This document shows positions 1-8,843 of a stretch of DNA of 64,000 nucleotides, piece after piece. This DNA comes from Candidatus Humimonas hydrogenitrophica. Its GTDB lineage: Bacteria; Gemmatimonadota; Gemmatimonadetes; Palauibacterales; Palauibacteraceae. The notes under the pieces are model-generated. The model was not told the origin of the DNA, did no database searches, and saw nothing but the letters and a program-made list of their open reading frames with translations. The stretch is taken from assembly GCA_947581615.1 (NCBI GenBank), contig CANPVD010000068.1, positions 2,240-66,239 on the forward strand. Reading direction: 5' to 3'. The position numbers were made by a program, and so were the translations under genes. Each line of letters opens with the position of its first letter. Position 1 is the stretch's first letter.

Positions 1-1270
1 CCACCACGTCTCGCAGGAAGCTCTGTCGACCCGGGTTCTCCGCGTAATCGGGGCAGGGCGGGTCCCACTTCGAGGGCGGCACGTCGGCGGGGTACTTCGC
101 GAAGTACTCGAGGTCCTGCTTCACGTAGGACGAGTACCGGCCCGTGTTCAGGACCTCCATCACGTCGTGTATGGGGGCCTCGGGCCCGAGGGAGGCCAGG
201 TACTCGTGCATGTCGTACCGGAACCGGGGGCAGAAGTCGTCGTCCTTCAGGTGCGCCGCGAGGTGAGGGACCACGATCGAGTCGACGATCACGGCGCCTC
301 CCGCGCGCAGGTCCGAGACGGCCTGGTCGAACAGCCGCAGGACGGAGCTGTCGCTGTTCGAGGGATCGGCCAGGGCGCGCAGCACCCCGATGCGGGCGCC
401 CCGCAGTCCGTCCCGCTCGAGGAAGTTCATGTAGTCGGCCGCGACGTGGCCCCGGGAGGCCGCCGTGTAGGGATCGTCCGGATCGGGGCCCGCGATCACG
501 CTCAGGACGCGGGCCGCGTCGGTGACCGTCCTCGCCATCGGCCCGGCCACGTCCCGGTCGAAGGCCAGCGGGATGATCCCGGCCCGGCTCACCAGACCGA
601 GGGTGGAGCGGATGCCGAACAGGTCCAGGTGGGAGGACGGCCCGCGGATCGAGTTGCCCGTGTCGGTGCCCAATCCCACCAACCCGAAGCTGGCCGCCAC
701 CCCCGAGGCCGTCCCACCGCTCGATCCAGCCGGGACGCGGTCCAGCGCGTAGGCGTTGGCGGTGGTGTCGAACGAGGAGCTCACGGTCTGCTTCGCGCTG
801 AACGCCCACTCGGCCATGTTCGTCTTGGCCACCACCACCGCGCCCGCCCGTCGGATGCGGCGGACGACCGTGGCATCGGTGGGCGGGACGTTGTGGAGCA
901 GGGCGATCGAGCCACCCGTCGTGGGCAGGTCGTGGGTGTCGTAGTTGTCCTTGACCAGCATCGGCACGCAGAACAGCGCTCCGAGGGAGTCCCCTCGCGC
1001 CAGCCGCGCGTCCAGGGAGTCGGCCCGCTGGAGGGCCCGCGGATTGATCACGGTGATGGCGTGGAGCCCCGTGGAGTCGTCGTAGGCCCGGATGCGGCGC
1101 AGGTACGCCTCGACCACCATGTGGCAGGTCGTCCGTCCCGAGCGGAGGGCGGCCTCGACCGCCGGAATCGTCGCCTCGACCACGTCGACTGGAGCCGGGG
1201 CCGGTTTCCGCGAGCACGAGAGGACCAGGGGCACCAGGATCAGGGCGGCGAGCGGGCGGCGATGTCGCAC
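1..1270 (-). CDS. Amidase (amidase-signature family) with N-terminal lipoprotein-type signal; the gene's 3' end lies outside the window
   Basis: Not in the ORF track because it runs off the window edge. Hand translation of the minus strand from GTG at 1270-1268 gives MRHRRPLAALILVPLVLSCS.., then KDNYDT, GGSSGGTASGVAA (amidase-signature Ser-cisSer region) and GTDTGNSIRGPS. An in-frame stop (cta) lies at 1328-1330 upstream. The overlapping plus-strand ORF 167..1417 is low-complexity RGPA-rich antisense. Confidence 0.7.
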   Translation of the reverse strand, partial: MRHRRPLAALILVPLVLSCSRKPAPAPVDVVEATIPAVEAALRSGRTTCHMVVEAYLRRIRAYDDSTGLHAITVINPRALQRADSLDARLARGDSLGALFCVPMLVKDNYDTHDLPTTGGSIALLHNVPPTDATVVRRIRRAGAVVVAKTNMAEWAFSAKQTVSSSFDTTANAYALDRVPAGSSGGTASGVAASFGLVGLGTDTGNSIRGPSSHLDLFGIRSTLGLVSRAGIIPLAFDRDVAGPMARTVTDAARVLSVIAGPDPDDPYTAASRGHVAADYMNFLERDGLRGARIGVLRALADPSNSDSSVLRLFDQAVSDLRAGGAVIVDSIVVPHLAAHLKDDDFCPRFRYDMHEYLASLGPEAPIHDVMEVLNTGRYSSYVKQDLEYFAKYPADVPPSKWDPPCPDYAENPGRQSFLRDVV

Positions 1271-1413
1271 GAGCGGCTCCTCCGGGGCGGTGATCGTGTG
1301 CGGCCACGCGGGCCGTGTCCCGGGAAGCTAGGGCGACGTGACGCCGGCGGGAAGCGACCGGGCCACGCCCGGAACGGAGGTTTCGAGGCCCGCGGACGGG
1401 GCCGAGAGGGAGG

Positions 1414-2958
1414 CTAGCGGTAGAAGCGGACCACGCCGGCGAGCCAGTCCACCTCCAGCGTCTCCAACTGCCCGAGGAACGACTGGCCGAGCAGGATGGA
1501 GCGCGCCGGGAGGCCGATGCGCTCGAGCACGGGCAGCACGGCCACGGCCGCGGGAATCGCTTCGAAGCGAGCACCGCCCAGGTCGAGGGCCTTGAGGGTG
1601 TCGGGCCAGGCCGGGATCGCGGCGCCGTCCAGGCCCGAGAGCATGGTGGGCTGGCCCGTCACGGGGAACATCCCCAGGTCGCTCGCCAGCTCTGGAGTGA
1701 CCAGGGTCGTGGGCGAACCCGTGTCGAGCACGAGGGGGACCGTGTGACCTCCCACGACGCCCGGAATGACGATGAGGCCGGCCATCTCCACGAAGGGAAC
1801 CTCGGCGCGAGCCCGGGAGCGCGAACGCCGGGCCTCCTCTTCGGACAGGAGCTCGAGCGATCCGTCACGGGTGGCCGTGGGCATGTGAATGCGCACGACG
1901 TCGGCACGGCCGAGCAGGTCCGTGCCGACGACGCCGGCGAAGCTGTGACGCTCGAGGGCCGGGAGATCGTCGAGCACATCCACGGCGGCGTCACGGAAAT
2001 CGACGCCGCCGACCCTGAGCCCGGCCACCTGGATCGCGTTCACCCGGGACAGCTCGCCGCCCAGGGCCCGGGTGCCACGGTCCCGGCGCAAGTGCGGCAG
2101 GCGCAGCGCCGCCGGCGTCATGCGGGCCCCGCTCGCCATGGCCAGGATCAGGGTCGACAGCGTGGTGCGGTTGGCACCCAGGTCCAGGATCGCCTCGCCG
2201 GTTCCGCCCCCGGGCACCGACAGCGTGCCGGTGAGGTAGGGGCCCACGCCACGGATCGGCACCGTGCCCTCGACGACCCCCGGACCCCGCGTGCGGGCGT
2301 CGCTGGCGACCACGATGCGGTCGGGGCCCAACGCGGCGGCCGCCCTCTCGGGGAGCACCGGCGGGACGAGCGGATCGCGGGCCAGGGTCCGGCCCTCCCG
2401 GAGGAGGTAGCCGAGGAGAACGCCGTCTCCCAGCACGGTGATCCGGACCTGGCTGCGCCGGAGATCCGCGAGCGACACGCGAGGTGTACGGGTCGCGCCC
2501 AGGTGCTCGTCGCGGTAGGTGATCGACACCCAGCCATCGCCGCAGTGGACCGTGGCGGCGGCTCCCGGGCCGGGGTGGGCGCGGAAGGCGCGACGCTGCA
2601 CGCCCTCCACCGGCGGAAGCAGGACGGCGACGATGCCGCTCCGATCCCCGAGAGGGAACGCCTCGATCGAGCCGGCGGCCAGCCCGTCCACGTCGAGGCG
2701 CAGCCCGGCCCCGTCGCGGCGCAGGAGGAAGAGGGGGCAGGTCGCCGGGCCGGGCCGAGCGGCCGGTCGCGGCCCGGGGGCGGAGCCGGGCACCGCGGCC
2801 CGGAGGTAGCTCCCCTCCCGGGAGCCCGGCCACAGGAGCGCCGCCGCGGCGACCAGCGCGGCGACCAGGCCGCGGAGGTGCCCGGACGCGGCGAAGCGCC
2901 CCGCCCGGGCGGCGGCGCCATCGATGGCGGGACGCGATGTCGTCTTGCGCTCGTCCAT
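1414..2958 (-). CDS. Membrane-anchored/secreted retropepsin-like (clan AA) aspartic protease family protein with two tandem lobes
   Basis: ORF 1414..3165 trimmed to Met70 (MDERKTTS.., ATG at 2958). Hydrophobic segment LVAALVAAAALLW. Motifs LVLDTGSPTTLV and ILDLGANRTTL resemble DTG/DSG catalytic loops of retropepsin-like proteases. Confidence 0.5.
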   Translation of the reverse strand: MDERKTTSRPAIDGAAARAGRFAASGHLRGLVAALVAAAALLWPGSREGSYLRAAVPGSAPGPRPAARPGPATCPLFLLRRDGAGLRLDVDGLAAGSIEAFPLGDRSGIVAVLLPPVEGVQRRAFRAHPGPGAAATVHCGDGWVSITYRDEHLGATRTPRVSLADLRRSQVRITVLGDGVLLGYLLREGRTLARDPLVPPVLPERAAAALGPDRIVVASDARTRGPGVVEGTVPIRGVGPYLTGTLSVPGGGTGEAILDLGANRTTLSTLILAMASGARMTPAALRLPHLRRDRGTRALGGELSRVNAIQVAGLRVGGVDFRDAAVDVLDDLPALERHSFAGVVGTDLLGRADVVRIHMPTATRDGSLELLSEEEARRSRSRARAEVPFVEMAGLIVIPGVVGGHTVPLVLDTGSPTTLVTPELASDLGMFPVTGQPTMLSGLDGAAIPAWPDTLKALDLGGARFEAIPAAVAVLPVLERIGLPARSILLGQSFLGQLETLEVDWLAGVVRFYR

Positions 2959-3125
2959 GACCACTCCTCCCCCAACATACAGGAAGGGGCCTCCGGATGC
3001 TTCGCGGGCCTTCTGCGGCGGATCGGTCGAACCGCGGGGCGGCCTGCGACTCGGTGCGTCGAGCGGCGTGGCCGATCGGCGACGCCGCGGTTGACCGTCG
3101 CGTGGCGGGCGGCGTACGCTGCCCC

Positions 3126-4016
3126 ATGGACGCTGCACGGCGAGTTCGGCGCTACAAGGACGCAAGGGCCTTCCTTGCGAGGGCAGGCTCGTGGCTCCTG
3201 GAGCGCGAGGTCGAACACACGCTGCTTCTCGGCGTGACCCACCGCCTCGCCCGGTCGCGCCGGCCGGGGGCAGCGCCGACGTACCTGGCCGTCATCGAGG
3301 GTGGCGGGGGGCTGGAGGGATGCGCGCTGCGAACGCCGCCGTGGCCCCTCCTCGTGACCGAGGCTCCGGCCGAGGCTCTGTCCGCTCTCGTGGAGGATGT
3401 GGGCCGGGCCTACCCGGAGCTGCCTGCCGTGATGGGCCCGAAGCGCACGTCGGCGGCGTTCGCGCGCCGCTGGGCCGAAGCGCACGAACTGCGGGCGACG
3501 GTGGGCGTTGAGGAGCGTCTCCTCCGTCTCGATCGATGGCTGCCGCCGGCCCACCCGGCGCCGGGGCGCGTGCGGGAGGCGGCGGCGGCCGACCGCGACG
3601 GACTGGTCGCGTGGCTGGAAGAGTTCGCCCGCGAGGCCGACATCATGCTCCCGGACGCCGCCGCCACCGCAGACCGTCTGTTGGAGGAGGGCGCCGTCGT
3701 CCTCTGGGAGCATGCCGGCCGTCCGCGGTCCATGGCCGCCATCGGGGGCGAGTCTCCGCACACCGCCCGCATCGGCTACGTATACACACCCCCCGCCGAG
3801 CGGGGGAGGGGCTACGCCACGGCCTGCGTGGCGGGGCTCAGCGAGCGGCTCCTGAGGCGGGGCGTCGAGGCCGTGGTACTGTTCACCGACCTCGCCAACC
3901 CCACGTCGAACGCCCTGTACGCCCGCCTGGGCTATCGTCCCGTGGAGGACTCGACCCTGTGGAGATTCGGGCCGTCCCGCGCGAGAGGCGACGCTCGCAT
4001 CTCTCATTCAACATGA
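3126..4016 (+). CDS. GNAT family N-acetyltransferase
   Basis: ORF 2997..4016 trimmed to ATG at 3126 (MDAARRVRRYKDARAFL). The C-terminal block IGYVYTPPAERGRGYATACVAGLSERLL..VLFTDLANPTSNALYARLGYRPV is a typical GNAT acetyl-CoA binding fold motif. Confidence 0.6.
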   Translation: MDAARRVRRYKDARAFLARAGSWLLEREVEHTLLLGVTHRLARSRRPGAAPTYLAVIEGGGGLEGCALRTPPWPLLVTEAPAEALSALVEDVGRAYPELPAVMGPKRTSAAFARRWAEAHELRATVGVEERLLRLDRWLPPAHPAPGRVREAAAADRDGLVAWLEEFAREADIMLPDAAATADRLLEEGAVVLWEHAGRPRSMAAIGGESPHTARIGYVYTPPAERGRGYATACVAGLSERLLRRGVEAVVLFTDLANPTSNALYARLGYRPVEDSTLWRFGPSRARGDARISHST

Positions 4017-4023
4017 GGTGAAC

Positions 4024-4203
4024 ATGGCCAAGATGATACGCTGCAGAGATCTTGGACTCGATTGTGACTACGAGGCACGCGCCGACGACCCGGAGGCGCT
4101 GCTCGAGCTGGTGCGTCACCACGCACGGCGGGTCCACAGCCTGGAGGAGATGAGCGAAGCCATGGTCGAGAAGATCCGAGCGGCCATGCGCAACGTGGGC
4201 TGA
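4024..4203 (+). CDS. DUF1059 family small predicted metal-binding protein
   Basis: MAKMIRCRDLGLDCDYEARADDPEALLELVRHHARRVH matches the conserved DUF1059 pattern (M-K-x-I-x-C-x-D-x-G-x-D-C-D-F/Y-E). GAGGTG lies 3 nt upstream of ATG at 4024. Confidence 0.6.
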   Translation: MAKMIRCRDLGLDCDYEARADDPEALLELVRHHARRVHSLEEMSEAMVEKIRAAMRNVG

Positions 4204-4228
4204 TGCGGCGCAGGCCGCGCCCCGTCGC

Positions 4229-6454
4229 CTAGGACTCGACCCGTGCCAGCCTCAGTGAGTTGACCGTCACGCCGAGGGCGGCGCCCATGTCGCCCACGAT
4301 GACGGCGAGGGCGAGGGACACGAGGCCGAGCGGCACCCCGGCCGCGAGGAGTCCCTTGAGCAGGAGCGAAGCGCCGATGTTCTGCCGGATGACGCCTCGC
4401 CCGCGGTGGGCCAGGCGGACCGCGTAGGCCAGGCGGGAGAGGTCGTCCCCCATGAGCGCCACGTCCGCCGTCTCGAGGGCCACGTCGCTCCCCGCCACGC
4501 CCATGGCGACGCCCACCCGCGCCGCCGCGAGCGCCGGGCCGTCGTTGACGCCGTCGCCGACCATGGCCACCGCGCCGTAACGCTTTTCGAGCCGGCGCAC
4601 GATGTCGACCTTCTGCTCGGGGAGGAGGTCGGCGTGTACCTCGTCGATCCCGACCTCCGCGGCGATGGCCTCGGCCGTGGGCCGGTTGTCGCCCGTGAGC
4701 ATGACGACGTGCTCGATCCCGGCCTCGCGCAGGCGTCGGATGGCGGGAGCGGCCTCGGCACGTGGCCGGTCCGCCACGGCCAGCAGGCCGAGCACGCGGC
4801 CGGGGAGGCCGACCAGCACGACCGTCTTTCCCTCCTTTTGGAGTCGCTCGAGGCGGGTCCCGTCCACGGACGCGCTCTCGAACAGGTCAGTGCGGCCGAT
4901 CAGGTACGGCTCATCGTCCAGGCGGGCCGTCACGCCCAGACCCCGTATCCCCTCGAACGCCGCCACCGTACGAGCGTCGGGCTCCACGCCGCGTTCGCGG
5001 GCGCCGCGCAGGATGGCGCCGGCCACGGGATGCTCCGAGCGCTGCTCGAGCGCGGCGGCCAGGGCGAGGATCTCCTCTTCGCTCTCCCCGTGGAGCGCCA
5101 CGACGTCGGTGAGCTCGGGATGTCCGTGGGTCAGGGTCCCCGTCTTGTCCAGCGCCACCGCCCGTACCTGGCCCAGGGCTTCCAGGTGCGTTCCGCCCTT
5201 GATGAGCACGCCCCGGCGGGCGGCGGCCGTGATCCCGCTCACTACGGCGACCGGCGTGGAGATGACCAGGGCGCACGGGCAGGCGATCACCAGCAAGGTG
5301 AGCCCGCGCAGGATCCAGGTCGTCACCTCGGCGCCGAAGGCCAGCGGAGGCAGGGCGGCCACGACCAGGGCCAGGACCACGACGCCCGGCGTGTACCAGC
5401 GGGAGAAGCGCTCCACGAACCGCTCGGTCGGGGCCTTCTTCTCTTCCGCCTCCTGCACCAGGTGGACGATGCGCGCCAGGGTGGTGGCCGACGCCCGCTT
5501 CTCGGTGCGGACGCGCAGGAAGCCGCCGGTGACGATCGTGCCCGCGAACACCTCGTCGCCGACCTCGCGGTCCACCGGCATGGACTCCCCGGTGATGGGA
5601 GCCTCGTTCACGGCCGAGCTTCCCTCGATCACCCGGCCGTCCACGGGGACCTTCTCGCCGGGCCGGACGACCACGACCTCGCCGACCCCCACGTCGTCGG
5701 CCCGCACGGCCTGCTCGGCGCCCCCGCGCTCGACCGTGGCCCGGTCGGGGGCGAGCTCCATGAGCGCCTCGATGGATCGGCGGGCGCGGTCCACCGAGTA
5801 GTCCTCCAGGAGCTCGGCGAACGAGAACAGGAAGGCGATGGCGCCGGCCTCCAGGAACTCCCCCAGTCCGGTGGCTCCCAGGATGGCCACCGTCATGAGG
5901 AAGTTCATGTCCAGGGAGAGGGTCCTGGCCGCCCGCAGCCCCTTGGGGAAGAAGTTCCAGCCCCCGACCAGCGCCGACGCCAGGAAGGCGAGGTCCCCGG
6001 CGTGCAGGGCGTGGCGGGGGAATCGGGCCAGGACGGGTCCCGGCGCCAGCCAGCTCAGCAGCAGGCCGACGGCGAACAGCCCGGCCGAAACGTAGGCCAG
6101 GACCGCCTCCCGGCTCCGCCAGGTCCCGGCTGCCGGCGCGGCTCGCCCGCGCGACACGCCGTCGCCCCCGTCCTCGAGGGCGTCGGCCACGTAACCCAGC
6201 CGCCCGACCTCGGCGCGGATCCTCTCCGGGGTCAGCCGCGCCGGGTCGAACTCCACGACGAGGCGTCGCGAGACCGGGTGCCCCTCCGCCTCCGTCACGC
6301 CCTCCAGGTGGATCAGCCGATCGCGGATGCGGCGGGCGCAGTCGGGGCAGTCCATGCCGCCGACCCGGAGCTGAAGGAGGCGGCGGCCGGCACCGTCGGC
6401 CGGGCGGCCGTCGGCGTCCCGCGCCTCGGTCGCGGCCGACCTACTCACGGACAT
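4229..6454 (-). CDS. Heavy-metal translocating P1B-type ATPase, probably Zn2+/Cd2+/Pb2+ (P1B-2)
   Basis: N-terminal HMA motif GMDCPDCARRI. Membrane CPC (IACPCALVIS), DKTGTLT phosphorylation site and GDGVNDGPALA hinge. The last helix carries DMG (DxG) rather than the MxxSS of Cu pumps. Overlaps the upstream arsR-family gene by 14 nt. Confidence 0.85.
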   Translation of the reverse strand: MSVSRSAATEARDADGRPADGAGRRLLQLRVGGMDCPDCARRIRDRLIHLEGVTEAEGHPVSRRLVVEFDPARLTPERIRAEVGRLGYVADALEDGGDGVSRGRAAPAAGTWRSREAVLAYVSAGLFAVGLLLSWLAPGPVLARFPRHALHAGDLAFLASALVGGWNFFPKGLRAARTLSLDMNFLMTVAILGATGLGEFLEAGAIAFLFSFAELLEDYSVDRARRSIEALMELAPDRATVERGGAEQAVRADDVGVGEVVVVRPGEKVPVDGRVIEGSSAVNEAPITGESMPVDREVGDEVFAGTIVTGGFLRVRTEKRASATTLARIVHLVQEAEEKKAPTERFVERFSRWYTPGVVVLALVVAALPPLAFGAEVTTWILRGLTLLVIACPCALVISTPVAVVSGITAAARRGVLIKGGTHLEALGQVRAVALDKTGTLTHGHPELTDVVALHGESEEEILALAAALEQRSEHPVAGAILRGARERGVEPDARTVAAFEGIRGLGVTARLDDEPYLIGRTDLFESASVDGTRLERLQKEGKTVVLVGLPGRVLGLLAVADRPRAEAAPAIRRLREAGIEHVVMLTGDNRPTAEAIAAEVGIDEVHADLLPEQKVDIVRRLEKRYGAVAMVGDGVNDGPALAAARVGVAMGVAGSDVALETADVALMGDDLSRLAYAVRLAHRGRGVIRQNIGASLLLKGLLAAGVPLGLVSLALAVIVGDMGAALGVTVNSLRLARVES

Positions 6455-6821
6455 GCTGCAGGCCGATGGCGAACAGGGAGGCGATGTGCTCGTCGTCCAG
6501 GCGGTAGTAGGCCATGCGGCCGTCCTTCCGGTAGCGTACGATCTTCATCTGCCGGAGCTGCCGCAGGTGGTGGCTGACCGCGGACTGGCTCACGCCGACC
6601 ACGGCCGCGAGGTCGCACACGCACAGCTCTCGCCTGGCGAGCGCGTCCACGATCTGCAGGCGCGTCGGATTGGCCAGGATCTGGAAGGTGTCGGCCAGGT
6701 AGGTGAGGTGGTCCGCGTCCTCCTGCTCGCGGAGCGCCTCGTGGACCGCGTCCTCGTGCACGAGGTGCACGTCGCACAGGTCTTCGGCGGGAGCCTCATC
6801 GGGGTCGGTCTCGCTGTTCAT
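6441..6821 (-). CDS. ArsR/SmtB family metalloregulatory transcriptional repressor (CadC/CzrA-like)
   Basis: ORF 6441..6884 (TTG-extended) trimmed to ATG at 6821 (MNSETDPDE). Winged HTH with ELCVCDLA (alpha3 Cys pair) and C-terminal DxHx10H (LDDEHIASLFAIGLQH) alpha5-type site. Immediately upstream of, and overlapping, the P1B ATPase. Confidence 0.8.
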   Translation of the reverse strand: MNSETDPDEAPAEDLCDVHLVHEDAVHEALREQEDADHLTYLADTFQILANPTRLQIVDALARRELCVCDLAAVVGVSQSAVSHHLRQLRQMKIVRYRKDGRMAYYRLDDEHIASLFAIGLQHVRE

Positions 6822-6888
6822 GTCGCGTCTCGCTTCTCCTCTCGTCGGACGCTCCCGGCGGCGAGCCCCCGGAGTAACCGACAACGTA

Positions 6889-6939
6889 TGAATACATGTT
6901 CAGATGATGAAGATTACGGCCTCGTCCTCGTAGGTTCAA
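6889..6939 (-). promoter_or_regulatory. Candidate sigma70-type promoter (TTGAAC-N17-TAATCT on minus strand) with overlapping ArsR/SmtB-type 6-2-6 operator TGAATAcaTGTTCA
   Basis: AT-rich island in a 70% GC background upstream of the arsR-ATPase operon. Imperfect inverted repeat TGAATA-CA-TGTTCA at about 6889-6902, just downstream of the -10. Coordinates may be off by +/-1. Confidence 0.45.
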
Positions 6940-6998
6940 GCGACCTGGGACGCGGGGGGGCGCTTGGCGGCCACGGAGGACCGGTCTAGCTTGAGGCC

Positions 6999-8069
6999 AT
7001 GCCGCGCTCACGGTCGTACGCCGCCCTGCTCGCCCTGGGCCTCGTCGCCTGCGGCGGGGGAGGCTCCACCGTCGGGCCCACTCCGGCGTCCGAGCCCCGC
7101 ACCTACGAGATGGGCTGGTCCGCGGTCCCGCCGCGGCCGAGCGAGGCGTCCTTCTTCGCCGCCACCAAGGCCGCGGCCGAGGTCTCCGACGTGGCCATCC
7201 TCCAGCAGCCCGTGCCCTGGGCCCAGCTGCTGGCCGGGGCGCCGATGGACTCTCTGGTCGAGGACCGGGGGGGCGTGGCGGACTACCTGCGGGCGCTGGG
7301 CGAGAAGATCGTCTTCCTGGTGGACCCGCTCGATGGCCTGAACCGGACCAGGGAGACGCCGGAACTGCTCGCCGTCGGCCGCAGCATCCTGGAGGCGGAC
7401 ATCCGCGCCACCCACGAGGCGTGGGTCCGGGCCATCGCCACCCGGATCCATCCCGAGTGGATGGGCCTGGCCTCGGAGATCAACACGCTGGCCGCGCACG
7501 GGGACTCGACCCTCTACCGCACGCTGGTCGGCATGATCGACAGCCTCGCGCCCGAGATCCGCTCCCTGAGCCCGGACACGAAGGTGTTCGTGTCCTTCCA
7601 GGTGGAGGACGCGTCGGGTTACTTCGGCGGGCAGGGCATCGACCAGTTCGCACTCATCGACGACTTCGACATCGACGCCCTGGGACTGTCCTCGTACCCG
7701 GTGTTCGTGTTCCCCACGCCGGCCGACGTCCCCGACGACTACCTGCAGCGCTTCCGGGACGCCACGAGCCTGCCCCTCATCATGGTCGAGGGGGGGTGGA
7801 GCTCGCAGAGCACCGACGCCTTCCAGTCCACCCCGCAGGAGCAGGTCGACTTCTTCCGTCGCTACGAGACGCTGCTCGACGGCGTCGACGCGCGCCTGTG
7901 GGTGATGCTCGTGTTCGCCGACCTCGACATCCCCTCGCTGGGCCTGCCGGCGGACCGCGCGGCCGGACTGGCCCCGTTCGCCCACATGGGAATCGTGGAC
8001 TCCGACCTCATCCCGAAGCCGTCGTACGAGGTGTGGAAGGAGATCCACGACCGACCGCTGGGGGGGTGA
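6999..8069 (+). CDS. Hypothetical lipoprotein (possible TIM-barrel glycoside-hydrolase-like fold)
   Basis: Signal peptide with lipobox LGLVAC-GGG. No confidently recognisable family. Weak resemblance to beta/alpha-barrel hydrolases (FQVEDASGYFGG, MVEGGWSS). Confidence 0.4.
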   Translation: MPRSRSYAALLALGLVACGGGGSTVGPTPASEPRTYEMGWSAVPPRPSEASFFAATKAAAEVSDVAILQQPVPWAQLLAGAPMDSLVEDRGGVADYLRALGEKIVFLVDPLDGLNRTRETPELLAVGRSILEADIRATHEAWVRAIATRIHPEWMGLASEINTLAAHGDSTLYRTLVGMIDSLAPEIRSLSPDTKVFVSFQVEDASGYFGGQGIDQFALIDDFDIDALGLSSYPVFVFPTPADVPDDYLQRFRDATSLPLIMVEGGWSSQSTDAFQSTPQEQVDFFRRYETLLDGVDARLWVMLVFADLDIPSLGLPADRAAGLAPFAHMGIVDSDLIPKPSYEVWKEIHDRPLGG

Positions 8070-8107
8070 TGGGCCGGATCGTGATCCGGCCCCGGCCCGG
8101 GATGCGC

Positions 8108-8145
8108 GAGAGGCCGGCCGCACCCACCGGTGCGGCCGGCCTCTC
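8108..8145. terminator. Perfect 17-bp GC-rich hairpin between convergent genes (candidate bidirectional terminator)
   Basis: GAGAGGCCGGCCGCACC-cacc-GGTGCGGCCGGCCTCTC lies between the lipoprotein (+) stop at 8069 and the stress protein (-) stop at 8206. Confidence 0.5.
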
Positions 8146-8205
8146 GCGTCGAAGCCCGGTCGGCCGGAACCCGCTCACGCGGCCGGTCTCCCGGCTCGCC
8201 GGTCG

Positions 8206-8706
8206 TCAGGCCAGTTCGGCCACCTCGACCATCCCTCCGTGCTGGGTCAGGGTCCCGAGCACCTCGTCCTCCTCGACGGTTCCCGCCGTGTCCACCGTGA
8301 CGAGCACGCCGCCCTCGGAGACGGCCTCGGCATAGGCCCGGGCCTCCTCGGGGCCGTACTCGGCCTTTTCCTCCAGCAGGCCGGCCAGCGCTCCCGTCGT
8401 GCCGCCCACGGCCGCTCCGGCGGCCGCGCCGCCCGCCACCGACCCGATCCAGCTCGTGAGCACGCCAGCCGTGATGAAGGGGCCCACGCCGGGAATGAAG
8501 GCTGCTGCGATCCCCATGATGGCGCCGGCGCCGGCGCCGACCTCGGCACCCCGGGCCGCTGCCTTCGCGTCTCTGTGCTCGCGATCCTCGCCCGAGTGAC
8601 GGGTGAGAAGGCCTATGCGGTCCTCGTCGATGCCCTCGCTTCGCAGGTCGTCCACCGCCGCCTCGGCCTCGTCCATGTCGTCGAATATCGCCGTTACTCG
8701 CTGCAT
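8206..8706 (-). CDS. General stress protein (YflT/DUF1269-like) with central Gly-zipper membrane segment
   Basis: ORF 8206..8850 trimmed to ATG at 8706 (MQRVTAIFDDMDEAEAAVDDLRSEGIDEDRIGLL). Gly/Ala-rich hydrophobic core, then a second acidic domain. GGGAG upstream. Confidence 0.45.
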   Translation of the reverse strand: MQRVTAIFDDMDEAEAAVDDLRSEGIDEDRIGLLTRHSGEDREHRDAKAAARGAEVGAGAGAIMGIAAAFIPGVGPFITAGVLTSWIGSVAGGAAAGAAVGGTTGALAGLLEEKAEYGPEEARAYAEAVSEGGVLVTVDTAGTVEEDEVLGTLTQHGGMVEVAELA

Positions 8707-8808
8707 TCTCGGCTTCTCCCTCTCGAGTCGCTGTACTGCTCGCACTCGACATCGAGGAGCAACGCATGTGCCATCATTGATGAGTCGGACCGAATCCTCG
8801 CGCTCGCG

Positions 8809-8837
8809 TTGACCCTGCCGCGGCGCGGATCTAGCTT
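8809..8837 (+). promoter_or_regulatory. Candidate promoter TTGACC-N17-TAGCTT ending 6 nt before the asnS ATG (would make asnS leaderless)
   Basis: Read directly from the sequence. The -35 is near-consensus and the -10 is weak. No Shine-Dalgarno lies between the -10 and ATG 8844. Confidence 0.3.
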
Positions 8838-8843
8838 CGCGCC

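Noticed and set aside
167-1417. 416-aa plus-strand ORF (MYGGLGPEGG..)
   Set aside because: RGPA-rich low-complexity translation typical of an antisense frame in high-GC DNA. The opposite strand encodes a well-formed amidase.
1744-4007. Overlapping ORFs 1744..3237 (+), 1991..3127 (-), 2148..4007 (-)
   Set aside because: Alternative frames of the aspartic protease and GNAT genes. Compositionally biased with no motifs.
4204-4228. Short GGCGCaggccGCGCC hairpin between convergent DUF1059 and ATPase genes
   Set aside because: A 5-bp stem without a U-tract is too weak to call a terminator.
4406-6577. 723-aa plus-strand ORF and the nested ORFs 4602..5801 and 4911..5276
   Set aside because: Antisense to the P1B ATPase. 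Arg/Gly/Pro-rich with no domain signatures.
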